Source: a virus (lineage: Duplodnaviria > Caudoviricetes). Taken from it: DNA of 64,000 bases. The notes under the pieces are model-generated. The model saw nothing but the letters and a program-made list of their open reading frames with translations, had not been told where the DNA came from and made no database searches. Below are positions 55,843 through 64,000 of the stretch, piece after piece (the stretch's first letter is position 1; every line of letters starts with the position of its first letter). Position numbers and translations under genes: made by a program. The stretch lies in IMG/VR virus record IMGVR_UViG_2802428849_000003, positions 5,391 through 69,390 of that record. The stretch is one strand, 5' to 3'.

Positions 55843-56580
55843 CTAATATGGAAACATATTTAGCTCTAAAGTTAGCCCCTTATCTGCAACTTTAGGTGTT
55901 ATACCTGTTAGTTCCTCAATCTCTCTTATCATTTGATTAGCATCTGAGTTTCTATCTGATAAGTGAAGTAATATTATTTCTCTGCATTCGCTTAGGTCAT
56001 TGGTCTTAAGAAATCCTTTTACATTCTCTAAACTAAAATGTGATTGCAATAATCTTGGTTTCATAGCTTGGTCGATATATCCATTCTCTATATTTGCATC
56101 AAGAGTTTCTTTGATATAATTGCACTCTATGAGAATGTAATTTAAACCCTTGAACTTATATTTTGAGTAGTAGCTATCAGTTAAAAAAAGTAATCTTTCA
56201 CCTGTAGGTGCATATTGTATTAAGTAGCCCAGCCCAGGTACGTCATGTTCTATTGGAAAACCAATAACCTTGAAATCTCCTATATAAAGTTGTTTTAATG
56301 GCTCAATTATATTTGTCCTATGTCCTGTCAAGTTTAAGGCTTGGAATGTCTCTGCATTACTATATATGTCTATACCTGCTCCCATTAAATCCTTGGCACT
56401 CTTTGAGTGGTCAAGGTGGGCGTGGGATACTAATGCACCCACTACATCGTCTAAATGAAAATTTAGCCCTTGTAAAATATCTTTGTACTTAATACCTGCT
56501 TCAATTATCAATGTACCTGTTGGGGACTTAATAATGTAACAATTACCCTTACTTCCACTTGCTAGAATTTTAATTTTCAT
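55843..56580 (-). CDS. metallo-beta-lactamase-fold hydrolase (YycJ-like)
   Basis: ASGSKGN, SHAHLDH, EHD, LLHLS..N; real start MKIKIL at 56580. Confidence 0.88.
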   Translation of the reverse strand: MKIKILASGSKGNCYIIKSPTGTLIIEAGIKYKDILQGLNFHLDDVVGALVSHAHLDHSKSAKDLMGAGIDIYSNAETFQALNLTGHRTNIIEPLKQLYIGDFKVIGFPIEHDVPGLGYLIQYAPTGERLLFLTDSYYSKYKFKGLNYILIECNYIKETLDANIENGYIDQAMKPRLLQSHFSLENVKGFLKTNDLSECREIILLHLSDRNSDANQMIREIEELTGITPKVADKGLTLELNMFPY

Positions 56581-57247
56581 AATGCTTACTCCATTTCGCA
56601 AGAGGTGTAGTTAATGCTTTTTCAACACTCCACCCTACTTGTAATCTTCTTTTTAAAGCCCCATAACTTAAATTCAATTTTTCCGACCATTCTCTTAGCG
56701 TCAAAGTTTCGTTATCAAAAGTAATTAAACGTGTGTTTCGCTTATTTCTCGATTGTTCACTAAAAGGTATCCAAGTACAATTATCTGGTTCGTAATGTCC
56801 ATTAACGTCAATTCTTTCTATGCTTAAGCCTTCTTCATAGCCATTCTCAACAGACCAGTCATAAAAGACTTGAAAATCATCTATCCATAATTGACACACT
56901 CTGATTCCTCTACCACCATAATCTTTATAAGATGGATTGCTTTCTAAATAGCATCTTTGTTTCATACCCCACCATATGCTATATAGCTTGGTATGCGTCA
57001 TACCATGGGTAGTGCTCTTTAAGCCGTTATTTCGTGAAGTAAATTCTTTGATACATCCACAGCTTTTGGTGTTTCCAGTTCTCAAATCATTCAATGCAAC
57101 CTTTTTAAAATTTCCACAATCACACTTACATAAAAAAGTTCTTCGCCTGTTCTTGCCACTATAAACTCCTTCTACCTCTTTGACTATTGTAAACAAGCCA
57201 TATCTATCACCTTTTTTAACAAGTATCCTTTTAGTAGAATGAGCCAT
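56570..57247 (-). CDS. HNH-type homing endonuclease
   Basis: CKCDCG, TKSCGC, YGGRGI, SIERIDVNGHYEPDNC; AAAGGTG RBS before ATG 57247. Confidence 0.85.
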   Translation of the reverse strand: MAHSTKRILVKKGDRYGLFTIVKEVEGVYSGKNRRRTFLCKCDCGNFKKVALNDLRTGNTKSCGCIKEFTSRNNGLKSTTHGMTHTKLYSIWWGMKQRCYLESNPSYKDYGGRGIRVCQLWIDDFQVFYDWSVENGYEEGLSIERIDVNGHYEPDNCTWIPFSEQSRNKRNTRLITFDNETLTLREWSEKLNLSYGALKRRLQVGWSVEKALTTPLAKWSKHYEN

Positions 57248-57293
57248 ATTATCACCTTTTCTTCCTAAAACTTTTAATTTCATTTAATCACTC

Positions 57294-57635
57294 CTAAACC
57301 ATTATCTTTGATGGCATTGGAATATCTTCGTTTTGAGGTCTCCATAAGTGTAGGCAATAAGGATGATTATTTACATACTCACTCTTAGGTGGATGATACT
57401 GTATTACACATTCATCTTCTCTAAAGAAAATGTCCTTGATGTAACACATTTCATCCCAAGTAGGAGTCCTATTTGAATAACTTGCAGATACATGGTCCCA
57501 ACCTTCACCACAACTGAATATTACTACCACTGGTTTTTTAGTTCCTGGAAGATATGCAAAAGCATATCCCCCATCTAAACCTATCTGTTGAATAATTAAT
57601 CTTTCATTTTGCTTAATTTCTTCGATACTTTTCAT
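57294..57635 (-). CDS. conserved phage hypothetical protein
   Basis: WDHVSAS..R.PTWDEMC.IK..F, HP, CLHLW. Confidence 0.7.
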   Translation of the reverse strand: MKSIEEIKQNERLIIQQIGLDGGYAFAYLPGTKKPVVVIFSCGEGWDHVSASYSNRTPTWDEMCYIKDIFFREDECVIQYHPPKSEYVNNHPYCLHLWRPQNEDIPMPSKIMV

Positions 57636-58639
57636 TAGTATCCTGGTCCTTCCATTTCGATTTGCTCTGGCTCTTCATCTACTTCTTCTGTTTCTTCTAC
57701 TTCCTGGCCTTCAACTTCAATGATTTCTCCAGTATCTTCATCAAAATCTAGCATTTGCGTATTAGCATGTTCTTCAATTTCAGCATGTACCATATTTTCT
57801 GTAGCTTGATTTTCTAACTGTTTTAATCTTAGATAGTCATCATCTATCTTTTGGCTATCTATTGTAATATCGTTATAAGCTGCTCTAAAAATTGTCTTAT
57901 AACACATCTGCTCATACCAGCCTTCAATCTTTTCCTTTCCAACTACTTGACCATTTTTCCAAACATCTTTTTCTCCACCCCAAAATTCAGCACTTGCATA
58001 TTTTGGTTTTCTTTTCAATATGTCATCAATAGTCATAATTACTAACTTGTTTTTAGATGGATTTTCATTATATAAGTGATAGTAAAATCCTCCTACAATT
58101 TCCCCTCTATTAAATGCATTGGTAATTTCAAACTCATAATCCTCGATTTTATTTGTTCTACTTTTCTTAATTGGTTTAAAATGGTCATTTGAATATACAA
58201 GCTCAAAGATTACTGCATCTGGTACATCTAATCCGTACTTTTGAGCCTTTAATTCAATTCCTCTATATCCTTCGATAAAAACAATGTCATATTTATTAGT
58301 TGAATTATTCTTAAAAGGCATAGCATGAATATGGTTTTTTTGAGCTGGATCTAGTCCAATTCTTGCATAACTAACTAGATTTCTAGCTAGTAAATTCATA
58401 TCTACATTTTGCCAAGTTACTGGTAATGGATCTTTATTAGTCTTTTTTCTCTGTCTATTTATTTCTGCTGTTTTAAGTGCTGCGTCTATAGCTATAAAAT
58501 AATTTTGTGCTAGTCTTTGCTGGAAGTCGGTAAGAGCTACTGCCCCTACCCCACTTTGAAATTCTTGTATCATTGCATTTGTAAATCTTTGGCTTAGTGA
58601 TAAATCTTGATTTTGAACTGCTACTTGATTATTTGACAT
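57635..58639 (-). CDS. recT: RecT-family single-strand annealing recombinase
   Basis: GLDP, F..GY.G, VYSND.F, W...M..KT; acidic tail. Confidence 0.8.
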   Translation of the reverse strand: MSNNQVAVQNQDLSLSQRFTNAMIQEFQSGVGAVALTDFQQRLAQNYFIAIDAALKTAEINRQRKKTNKDPLPVTWQNVDMNLLARNLVSYARIGLDPAQKNHIHAMPFKNNSTNKYDIVFIEGYRGIELKAQKYGLDVPDAVIFELVYSNDHFKPIKKSRTNKIEDYEFEITNAFNRGEIVGGFYYHLYNENPSKNKLVIMTIDDILKRKPKYASAEFWGGEKDVWKNGQVVGKEKIEGWYEQMCYKTIFRAAYNDITIDSQKIDDDYLRLKQLENQATENMVHAEIEEHANTQMLDFDEDTGEIIEVEGQEVEETEEVDEEPEQIEMEGPGY

Positions 58640-58825
58640 TTAATCTTCCTCCTCTTCATTTAATGGAATTAAAATTCTACAATTATCCGATTTGCTTCTT
58701 TTTTTCTGTGTTGGGGTTCTGTAATATAAAACAGTTTCTTTTTTGATATTCATCTCCTTTGCTATCTCACTTACAGTTCCCATAGCTAATATTTCTTCAC
58801 CTTTATAAAGTGCGTATTCTTTCAT
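58640..58825 (-). CDS. small phage HTH protein
   Basis: YALYKGEE...GT..EIA. Confidence 0.7.
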   Translation of the reverse strand: MKEYALYKGEEILAMGTVSEIAKEMNIKKETVLYYRTPTQKKRSKSDNCRILIPLNEEEED

Positions 58826-60936
58826 TGCTCCACCTCAACTCTTAAAGTGTTATTCCTGTTGTCCCATCTTTGTCTAGCTATGTCTTTTGCTAAAATATAA
58901 TCATCTTCACCTTCTACCTTCTCAATCAACATATTTTTAACTGACTTATCTAACTCATTCCAAGTAGGTGGTTTAATTAGATTAATTATCTGACTGTCAA
59001 TTGCCATAATTTCACTTACTGATTCCCTATTATCTATGAAAATTGGGGCCTGAACACCGTAAAACTTGGATAAGGCTTGTATTATGTCTAGTCCTGCATT
59101 TATCTGCCCTGCTAAGTTTCCATCTTCATATTTGACATATGCACCATTGGTATTTACTAAGGCTATACAAGTTTCCTTGATTCCTTCGTTGGTGATATTT
59201 TCCTCAAATAGTTTGAATTTCACATGCTTAAATTTACTGTTTATGCTATCCTCTAGGAGATTAACTTTTGCTACTGTGAACCTCTCTAGTAGGAATTTAT
59301 GTCCTTCTAATTCTGCTATAAGTGCCGATACTCTTTTTTCCTCTGCCTTTAGTTCTTCAATCCTAGTTCTCTTCTTTTCTACTTCTTCCTTAACGTTTAA
59401 AACTCTATTACTAGCTTCGATTTCAAGCTGTATATCTGATTTCTTTTTTAATAATTCAAATGATTTATCTTCTACTGGTTTATCTAGTTCAGCTTGCAAC
59501 TGTTCGGTTTTACCGAGTAGCTCGTTGTACTCTGGATATTGAGTATAATCAGGCTCTGGTATTGGTTTGGAAATTTCATCATCTAAGGCATTGATTGATA
59601 TTTTTAGATTTTCTAACTTGAACTCTTTATCTTCTAATTCTTTTTCTAATTCTTTTAGATTAGATTGAGCCTTCTCTGTATCAACTTTAAGAGCTAATCC
59701 CGACTCTTTATTTTTCTCTAACAAAGCTATGTTTTCAGCTAATTTAATCTTTTTATTCTGTTCAAATTTAACCCTTAGTGTTCCTATTTCTGTTGCTATA
59801 GTTTCCTCTGGAATGTTCTGTCCACAAGTAGGGCAATTTGTTGCCATTTCTCCTACTTCAAACTCTTCTGATAAAATTTCAAGGTTCTTATCGCTTAAAC
59901 TTCTCCATTCATCTAACAATCTTTGCCTTGTCTTAGAGTTAGATTCTAAGTGAGATTTAGTTTGCTGAATATCAAGTTGCAATTCTCTTATCCCTGATTG
60001 GAGAATAAATTTTCCGTTTTCTAATTCCGATTTCTTCTCAAGAAATTTAGTTCTATCTGCTCCCAACTCTGCCTTAATTTTTTCTTTGACCTTCTCTAGT
60101 TGATTTTTTAGTGAATATAACTCCTGATGTTTCTTATTCAGTTCATTAGCCTTATTAGTAGCATTGGTCATTAGGAATTCAATCCCTGATAGAGTTTCCT
60201 TGTGTTGACTAATCTCCTGCTCTATAAGTGAATAGTCTGGTTCTTCATTTGGTAAAGACCTAGTTAATTCGTCTATTCTTGGTGGTAAATCATCTCTTTC
60301 TTTCTTAAGGACTTTGAGTTTATCTGCAAGGACTAATTTGTAATCGTCAATGGATCTTCCGTTTAGATATTCTGTTAGTCTGGCTAAATTTTCATCTGAA
60401 TCTATTACTTGCTCGTCTGTTGCATCTCCTGAAATTTCTAATAGAATTTTTCTTCTTTCTTCCCACTTCAATTTAGTGTTAAAAAATAGTGGGTTGGTTA
60501 TCATCTTGAATATATTTTCATCAATTAAATCATCCACTTTTGTCTTATACTCTGTTGCTTTTGTAGGTACTTCGTTATACCAATATGATGTTTTGTGCCC
60601 GTCAAACACTCTTGCTGTTGCACCTTGCCTTTTAACCCATTTTTCCTCTTGCATTTTCTTTAATTTAAGAGGTTTTCCATCTATTAATAATTCAGCTTCA
60701 ACCTCTGTTTGTAAGTGGTGAATGTCTTGTCCTAAACTGTCCTGTGGTTTTACAGTGAAATTAGTACTGTCGTTACTATCTTTATTGAATAAGAGCCATA
60801 GAAACGCATCCATTAAAGTTGTTTTTCCTTTTCCGTTATCAGCAAATACAGAGACATTCTTTTCATCTGCTATTAGCTTAAAATCTTTGATACCTTTAAA
60901 ATTCTTTAAATGTAGCCAATTTAACTTGATGTTCAT
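58822..60936 (-). CDS. SMC/Rad50-like AAA ATPase
   Basis: NGKGKTT Walker A, long coiled coil with CPTC hook, PIFIDN Walker B. Confidence 0.88.
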   Translation of the reverse strand: MNIKLNWLHLKNFKGIKDFKLIADEKNVSVFADNGKGKTTLMDAFLWLLFNKDSNDSTNFTVKPQDSLGQDIHHLQTEVEAELLIDGKPLKLKKMQEEKWVKRQGATARVFDGHKTSYWYNEVPTKATEYKTKVDDLIDENIFKMITNPLFFNTKLKWEERRKILLEISGDATDEQVIDSDENLARLTEYLNGRSIDDYKLVLADKLKVLKKERDDLPPRIDELTRSLPNEEPDYSLIEQEISQHKETLSGIEFLMTNATNKANELNKKHQELYSLKNQLEKVKEKIKAELGADRTKFLEKKSELENGKFILQSGIRELQLDIQQTKSHLESNSKTRQRLLDEWRSLSDKNLEILSEEFEVGEMATNCPTCGQNIPEETIATEIGTLRVKFEQNKKIKLAENIALLEKNKESGLALKVDTEKAQSNLKELEKELEDKEFKLENLKISINALDDEISKPIPEPDYTQYPEYNELLGKTEQLQAELDKPVEDKSFELLKKKSDIQLEIEASNRVLNVKEEVEKKRTRIEELKAEEKRVSALIAELEGHKFLLERFTVAKVNLLEDSINSKFKHVKFKLFEENITNEGIKETCIALVNTNGAYVKYEDGNLAGQINAGLDIIQALSKFYGVQAPIFIDNRESVSEIMAIDSQIINLIKPPTWNELDKSVKNMLIEKVEGEDDYILAKDIARQRWDNRNNTLRVEVEQ

Positions 60937-61283
60937 ATTTCAATCCCCCCTAAATCAATCTTTCCTAATGATTTCTTTAATTCTTCAAAGCTTAAAATCG
61001 AACGCTTTGGAAGTCCAATAATCTTAGCCAATGCTAAGTATGCATCATATAAGCTTTTATTGACTTCTTCATCAGTTATAGTTTGATTATCTATGGTTCT
61101 ATTCTCTGATTTTTCTTTTATGGGATAAGCTGTATCTACTAATTCCTTTAATAAATCTGCTACAAAGTGCATGTGCCTTGGCCTTAAAACTGGGTCAATT
61201 TCCTCGCTCATTTCTCTAAATAAATCTGCTGTTAATCTAACTAAGTGTGGTATTTGTCCTGAACTAATTTGATAATTTTTCAT
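60933..61283 (-). CDS. hypothetical protein
   Basis: Coupled ORF. Confidence 0.5.
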   Translation of the reverse strand: MKNYQISSGQIPHLVRLTADLFREMSEEIDPVLRPRHMHFVADLLKELVDTAYPIKEKSENRTIDNQTITDEEVNKSLYDAYLALAKIIGLPKRSILSFEELKKSLGKIDLGGIEI

Positions 61284-61285
61284 TA

Positions 61286-61825
61286 TTAAAATATCCTCCT
61301 TGTGTAGTAATCAAATACTTTTATAAGTTTTGTAATTTCCTTGGTTTTCTCGTCATACTCATACTCTGCTGTCTCTCTTACTTCTACATATTGTCTTCCT
61401 TTAACGGTATCAACTTCAACAATATCTCCAGCCCTAAAGTCAATATCTGCAAATTCTTTTGGAACTCTCCATGTGTAAAGTTTTGTACTGCCAAAGTGTA
61501 CTGCGTGAATGTATTTAGCTATATTAGGTTTTATGTGAGTAATGTAATCTTTAAAAAAACTCTCTTCAAATGATTGAAAAAACTTTGATGTAATATATAA
61601 ATGGGATTTACTCAAATCTTCTCTTAGTATTACTTTGGTTATCTCTTGCCTTGTATGAGTATCAGTTCCCCAAGAACCCCTAACTGGTGTATTCAATCCA
61701 ATAAATCCATTTTCTCTTATTGCCATATACCACCCTGTGAATTCAGAATTTTTATGATTTATAAATAAAATATCCCCTTGCTTAAAACCTCTCTTTTTTA
61801 ATTCTTCTATAGTCATAGTTTTCAT
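61286..61825 (-). CDS. hypothetical protein
   Basis: 179 aa; GDIVEVDT SH3-like tail. Confidence 0.55.
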   Translation of the reverse strand: MKTMTIEELKKRGFKQGDILFINHKNSEFTGWYMAIRENGFIGLNTPVRGSWGTDTHTRQEITKVILREDLSKSHLYITSKFFQSFEESFFKDYITHIKPNIAKYIHAVHFGSTKLYTWRVPKEFADIDFRAGDIVEVDTVKGRQYVEVRETAEYEYDEKTKEITKLIKVFDYYTRRIF

Positions 61826-61839
61826 TTGATTAATTCCCC

Positions 61840-62085
61840 CTAATCTCTTAATTTTGCAACAACATCGCTTAAGATACTTTCTGCATATCTTTGAAAATCA
61901 TATGCATCTAGTGCCATTTCATCCCTATCAAACTCTGTTATTTCATCCGAAAACTTATTTACTACCTCTTGAACTTCTTCTTTAGTCAACCTTTCAATTG
62001 GTCCACCAATCATGTCCTCTAAACTTAATACTCCATTAGCAATAACTTCTAATGCTTCATATAGTCCTTCTTGCTCTAATTTCAT
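61840..62085 (-). CDS. hypothetical acidic protein
   Basis: GGGGG RBS. Confidence 0.5.
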   Translation of the reverse strand: MKLEQEGLYEALEVIANGVLSLEDMIGGPIERLTKEEVQEVVNKFSDEITEFDRDEMALDAYDFQRYAESILSDVVAKLRD

Positions 62086-62311
62086 TTACTTAGTCCCCCC
62101 TATCTGATATAATTGATTAAGATATTTTTTTCTTAGTCCCTATTTTGCTTGCCGGCTATAGGGGCTTTTTCTTGCTTATTTCTAGTAATTCTCAGACAAC
62201 TATTTGTGTATTGGCATTTGCATATTGAATGCTCTGGCGTTTCATCCTCTGGATATTCTAGTATCCAATCCATCTTTCCATAGCAATGAGGTTTATTCAT
62301 ATTTTCACTTC

Positions 62312-62584
62312 CTATTCTTTTGGCATTTCAAATACAGAATATCCTGTAGAACTTTCCATCTCGTAGTTTGCTATTTCTCTCATGTTGTTTGATTGGATAC
62401 CATTCATTATTTGATTTTGTATTTCATCTAAGACTTCCAATGTCCTTTCCTTTGTAGAGTAAGTTCCTAAAAGATAGCTTTCTGTATTCTTTTCTTCCAC
62501 TAAACTTAACTCATCATTCGTTAATCCTATAGTCTGACACGTTAGCAGTACTTCTTTATTTTGCGTTCTAATCCAAATTCCCAC
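62312..62584 (-). CDS. hypothetical phage protein
   Basis: WIRTQNK, LGTY.T.ER..EVLDEI. Confidence 0.65.
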   Translation of the reverse strand: MGIWIRTQNKEVLLTCQTIGLTNDELSLVEEKNTESYLLGTYSTKERTLEVLDEIQNQIMNGIQSNNMREIANYEMESSTGYSVFEMPKE

Positions 62585-62778
62585 TACTTTATCCCTCCTC
62601 TAAATATTTTCTTATTTATGCTGATACAGTCATTGACTTGTCCTACTACAATCCATAAAAGAAAGCCTATTAAAGGTATTAGGATTGTCCCATTAATGCC
62701 TGAAAAAACTATTTTAGAGATTAGGTTGCATATTAGATTTAGCATTTTAATTTTTCCTCCACACTTAGATTTTTCCAA
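62584..62778 (-). CDS. small membrane protein
   Basis: Hydrophobic segment; coupled to neighbours. Confidence 0.45.
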   Translation of the reverse strand: MEKSKCGGKIKMLNLICNLISKIVFSGINGTILIPLIGFLLWIVVGQVNDCISINKKIFRGGIK

Positions 62779-62957
62779 ATTTCATATCCAGCTTGGTGAA
62801 ATTCGTCAAGTATTTTATTTTTTTCTTCATCAGTCATTGGTGGTGGAGCCACCACATGAACTGTGGTATTTCCGAATTTATATGTTGCATCATATTTTTC
62901 TTTTTTCATACTAATCACCTCAATAAAATGTATGAAAGTTCTAGTTTGTACTATCAC
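62739..62957 (-). CDS. hypothetical protein following cro
   Basis: GNTTVHVVAPP motif; real start likely at MKKEK. Confidence 0.55.
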   Translation of the reverse strand: MIVQTRTFIHFIEVISMKKEKYDATYKFGNTTVHVVAPPPMTDEEKNKILDEFHQAGYEIWKNLSVEEKLKC

Positions 62958-62985
62958 TACAAACTTTAATAGTTGTTTTTGTTTG

Positions 62986-63346
62986 TTGCGTATTATGCGA
63001 CAATTTGGCTAAAAAAAATTTCTGTTGCTTCTTTTCCATTTAATTCTAAAATTTCACATATTAGATTAGCTTCTTTGATTGTAAAGGCTTCTCCCTCATT
63101 GCCTATTTTCCTATATAGAGTACTTTTATCAACTCCTATCTTTTCTGCTAGTTTCTCTATAGTTAATCCCTTCTCCACAATCTTCCCTTTCAATTTATTT
63201 ATATTTACCATCATTTCACCTCCTTTTTTGTTGCATATTATGCGATTTACTTAATTGTATATTAGCTTTTTTATAAAGTCAAGATATTTTTTGCATAAAA
63301 TGAGATTTTTTTCATATAAATGTATAAAATGGTTGCATATATGCGA
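62986..63346. promoter_or_regulatory. lysis-lysogeny switch operators, consensus TTGCRTAWWATGCGA
   Basis: Copies at 62986-63000, 63231-63245, 63291-63305 (variant) and 63333-63346 (1 nt shorter). Confidence 0.65.
62993..63214 (-). CDS. cro: Cro-like XRE HTH repressor
   Basis: KLKGKIVEKGLTIEKLAEKIG...STLYRK; divergent from CI. Confidence 0.85.
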   Translation of the reverse strand: MMVNINKLKGKIVEKGLTIEKLAEKIGVDKSTLYRKIGNEGEAFTIKEANLICEILELNGKEATEIFFSQIVA

Positions 63347-63397
63347 TAATACTTATATAATATTATATAAGCATTAATTACGTAGGAGGTATTAATA

Positions 63398-64000
63398 ATG
63401 ACGGTTGGAGAACGAATTAAGCAAAGAAGAAAACAATTAGGTTTATCAGTAGATGACATAGCAAAAAAATTAGGAAAAAATAGAGCTACAATTTATAGGT
63501 ATGAAAGCAATGATATTGAAAACTTACCTTTAGATATATTAGAACCATTGGCTAAAGTTTTGAATGTTACACCATCTTATTTAATGGGATGGGAAACATC
63601 CGAGGAATATAGTAATTCAATTTTAATACCTGTTTATGGTTCTATTCCTGCTGGTGTCCCACTTGAAGCTGTAGAAGATATTCAAGGTTATGAAGATATT
63701 CCAGTAAATTGGCTCAAAGGAGACAAAAAATACATAGCTTTAAAAGTTATTGGAGATTCTATGTATCCCAAATATTTAGACGGTGATACTGTAATTATAT
63801 TAGTGCAACCTGATTGTGAAAGTGGTCAAGATTGTGCTTGTTACGTTAATGGATTTAATGCTACCTTAAAAACAGTAAATAAGTATAAGGACAAGATAGA
63901 ATTAAAACCAATAAATCCAAACTACCCACCTAAAACTTATAATCATCCTGGAGAAGTTACTATATTAGGAGTAGTTAAAGAACTTAGAAGAAAAATATAA
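63398..64000 (+). CDS. cI: CI-like repressor (XRE HTH plus S24 autopeptidase)
   Basis: N-terminal HTH; IPAG cleavage site, GDSM serine and LK lysine. Confidence 0.93.
   Translation: MTVGERIKQRRKQLGLSVDDIAKKLGKNRATIYRYESNDIENLPLDILEPLAKVLNVTPSYLMGWETSEEYSNSILIPVYGSIPAGVPLEAVEDIQGYEDIPVNWLKGDKKYIALKVIGDSMYPKYLDGDTVIILVQPDCESGQDCACYVNGFNATLKTVNKYKDKIELKPINPNYPPKTYNHPGEVTILGVVKELRRKI

Noticed and set aside
2347-60721. Many overlapping opposite-strand or out-of-frame ORFs (e.g. 2546-2995, 8138-8602, 13544-13846, 17760-18056, 18153-18431, 39592-40056, 59066-59542, 60350-60721)
   Set aside because: They are shadows of well-supported genes, lack RBSs and recognisable motifs.
1-64000. Stop-codon reassignment (alternative genetic code)
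   Set aside because: Core genes are full length under code 11 and use TAG, TGA and TAA as stops; the only tRNA-like element has a CCA anticodon.
1-64000. Integrase, att sites, IS elements or rRNA
   Set aside because: No recombinase or transposase motifs, terminal repeats or rRNA signatures were recognised; these may lie outside the window.

Overview
AT-rich window that is entirely a temperate siphovirus-like (pro)phage of a low-GC, probably spore-forming Firmicute (Clostridia/Tissierellia-like; the host assignment is inference). The + strand (1-28550) carries a late/morphogenesis region: ERCC4-like nuclease, dual-specificity phosphatase, DUF3892, a tRNA-Trp-like element, terminase, portal, an inserted RHH + LAGLIDADG cassette, prohead protease, capsid, neck, tail tube, tail chaperone with probable -1 frameshift and tape measure. 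A holin-amidase-holin block is placed unusually before the fibre, Dit and Tal genes. A minus-strand accessory island (28572-37449) holds a secreted protein, an RHH/Rha module and several stand-alone defence-like genes (Zn-finger protein, DUF2971, PD-(D/E)XK nuclease, 2-TM protein). A long leftward early operon (37679-63214) encodes recombination (AAA ATPase, RecT, MBL hydrolase), replication (initiator with iterons, helicase loader, SSB), DNA modification (C5-MTase, intein-containing amino-MTase, SNF2-like helicase, PAPS-reductase family), dUTPase, SpoIIID, a sporulation-type sigma factor and a 3D-domain protein. It ends at a Cro/CI switch with repeated operators. No integrase, att site, CRISPR array or reverse transcriptase is visible. 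All product calls come from motif recognition by eye; no database searches were run.
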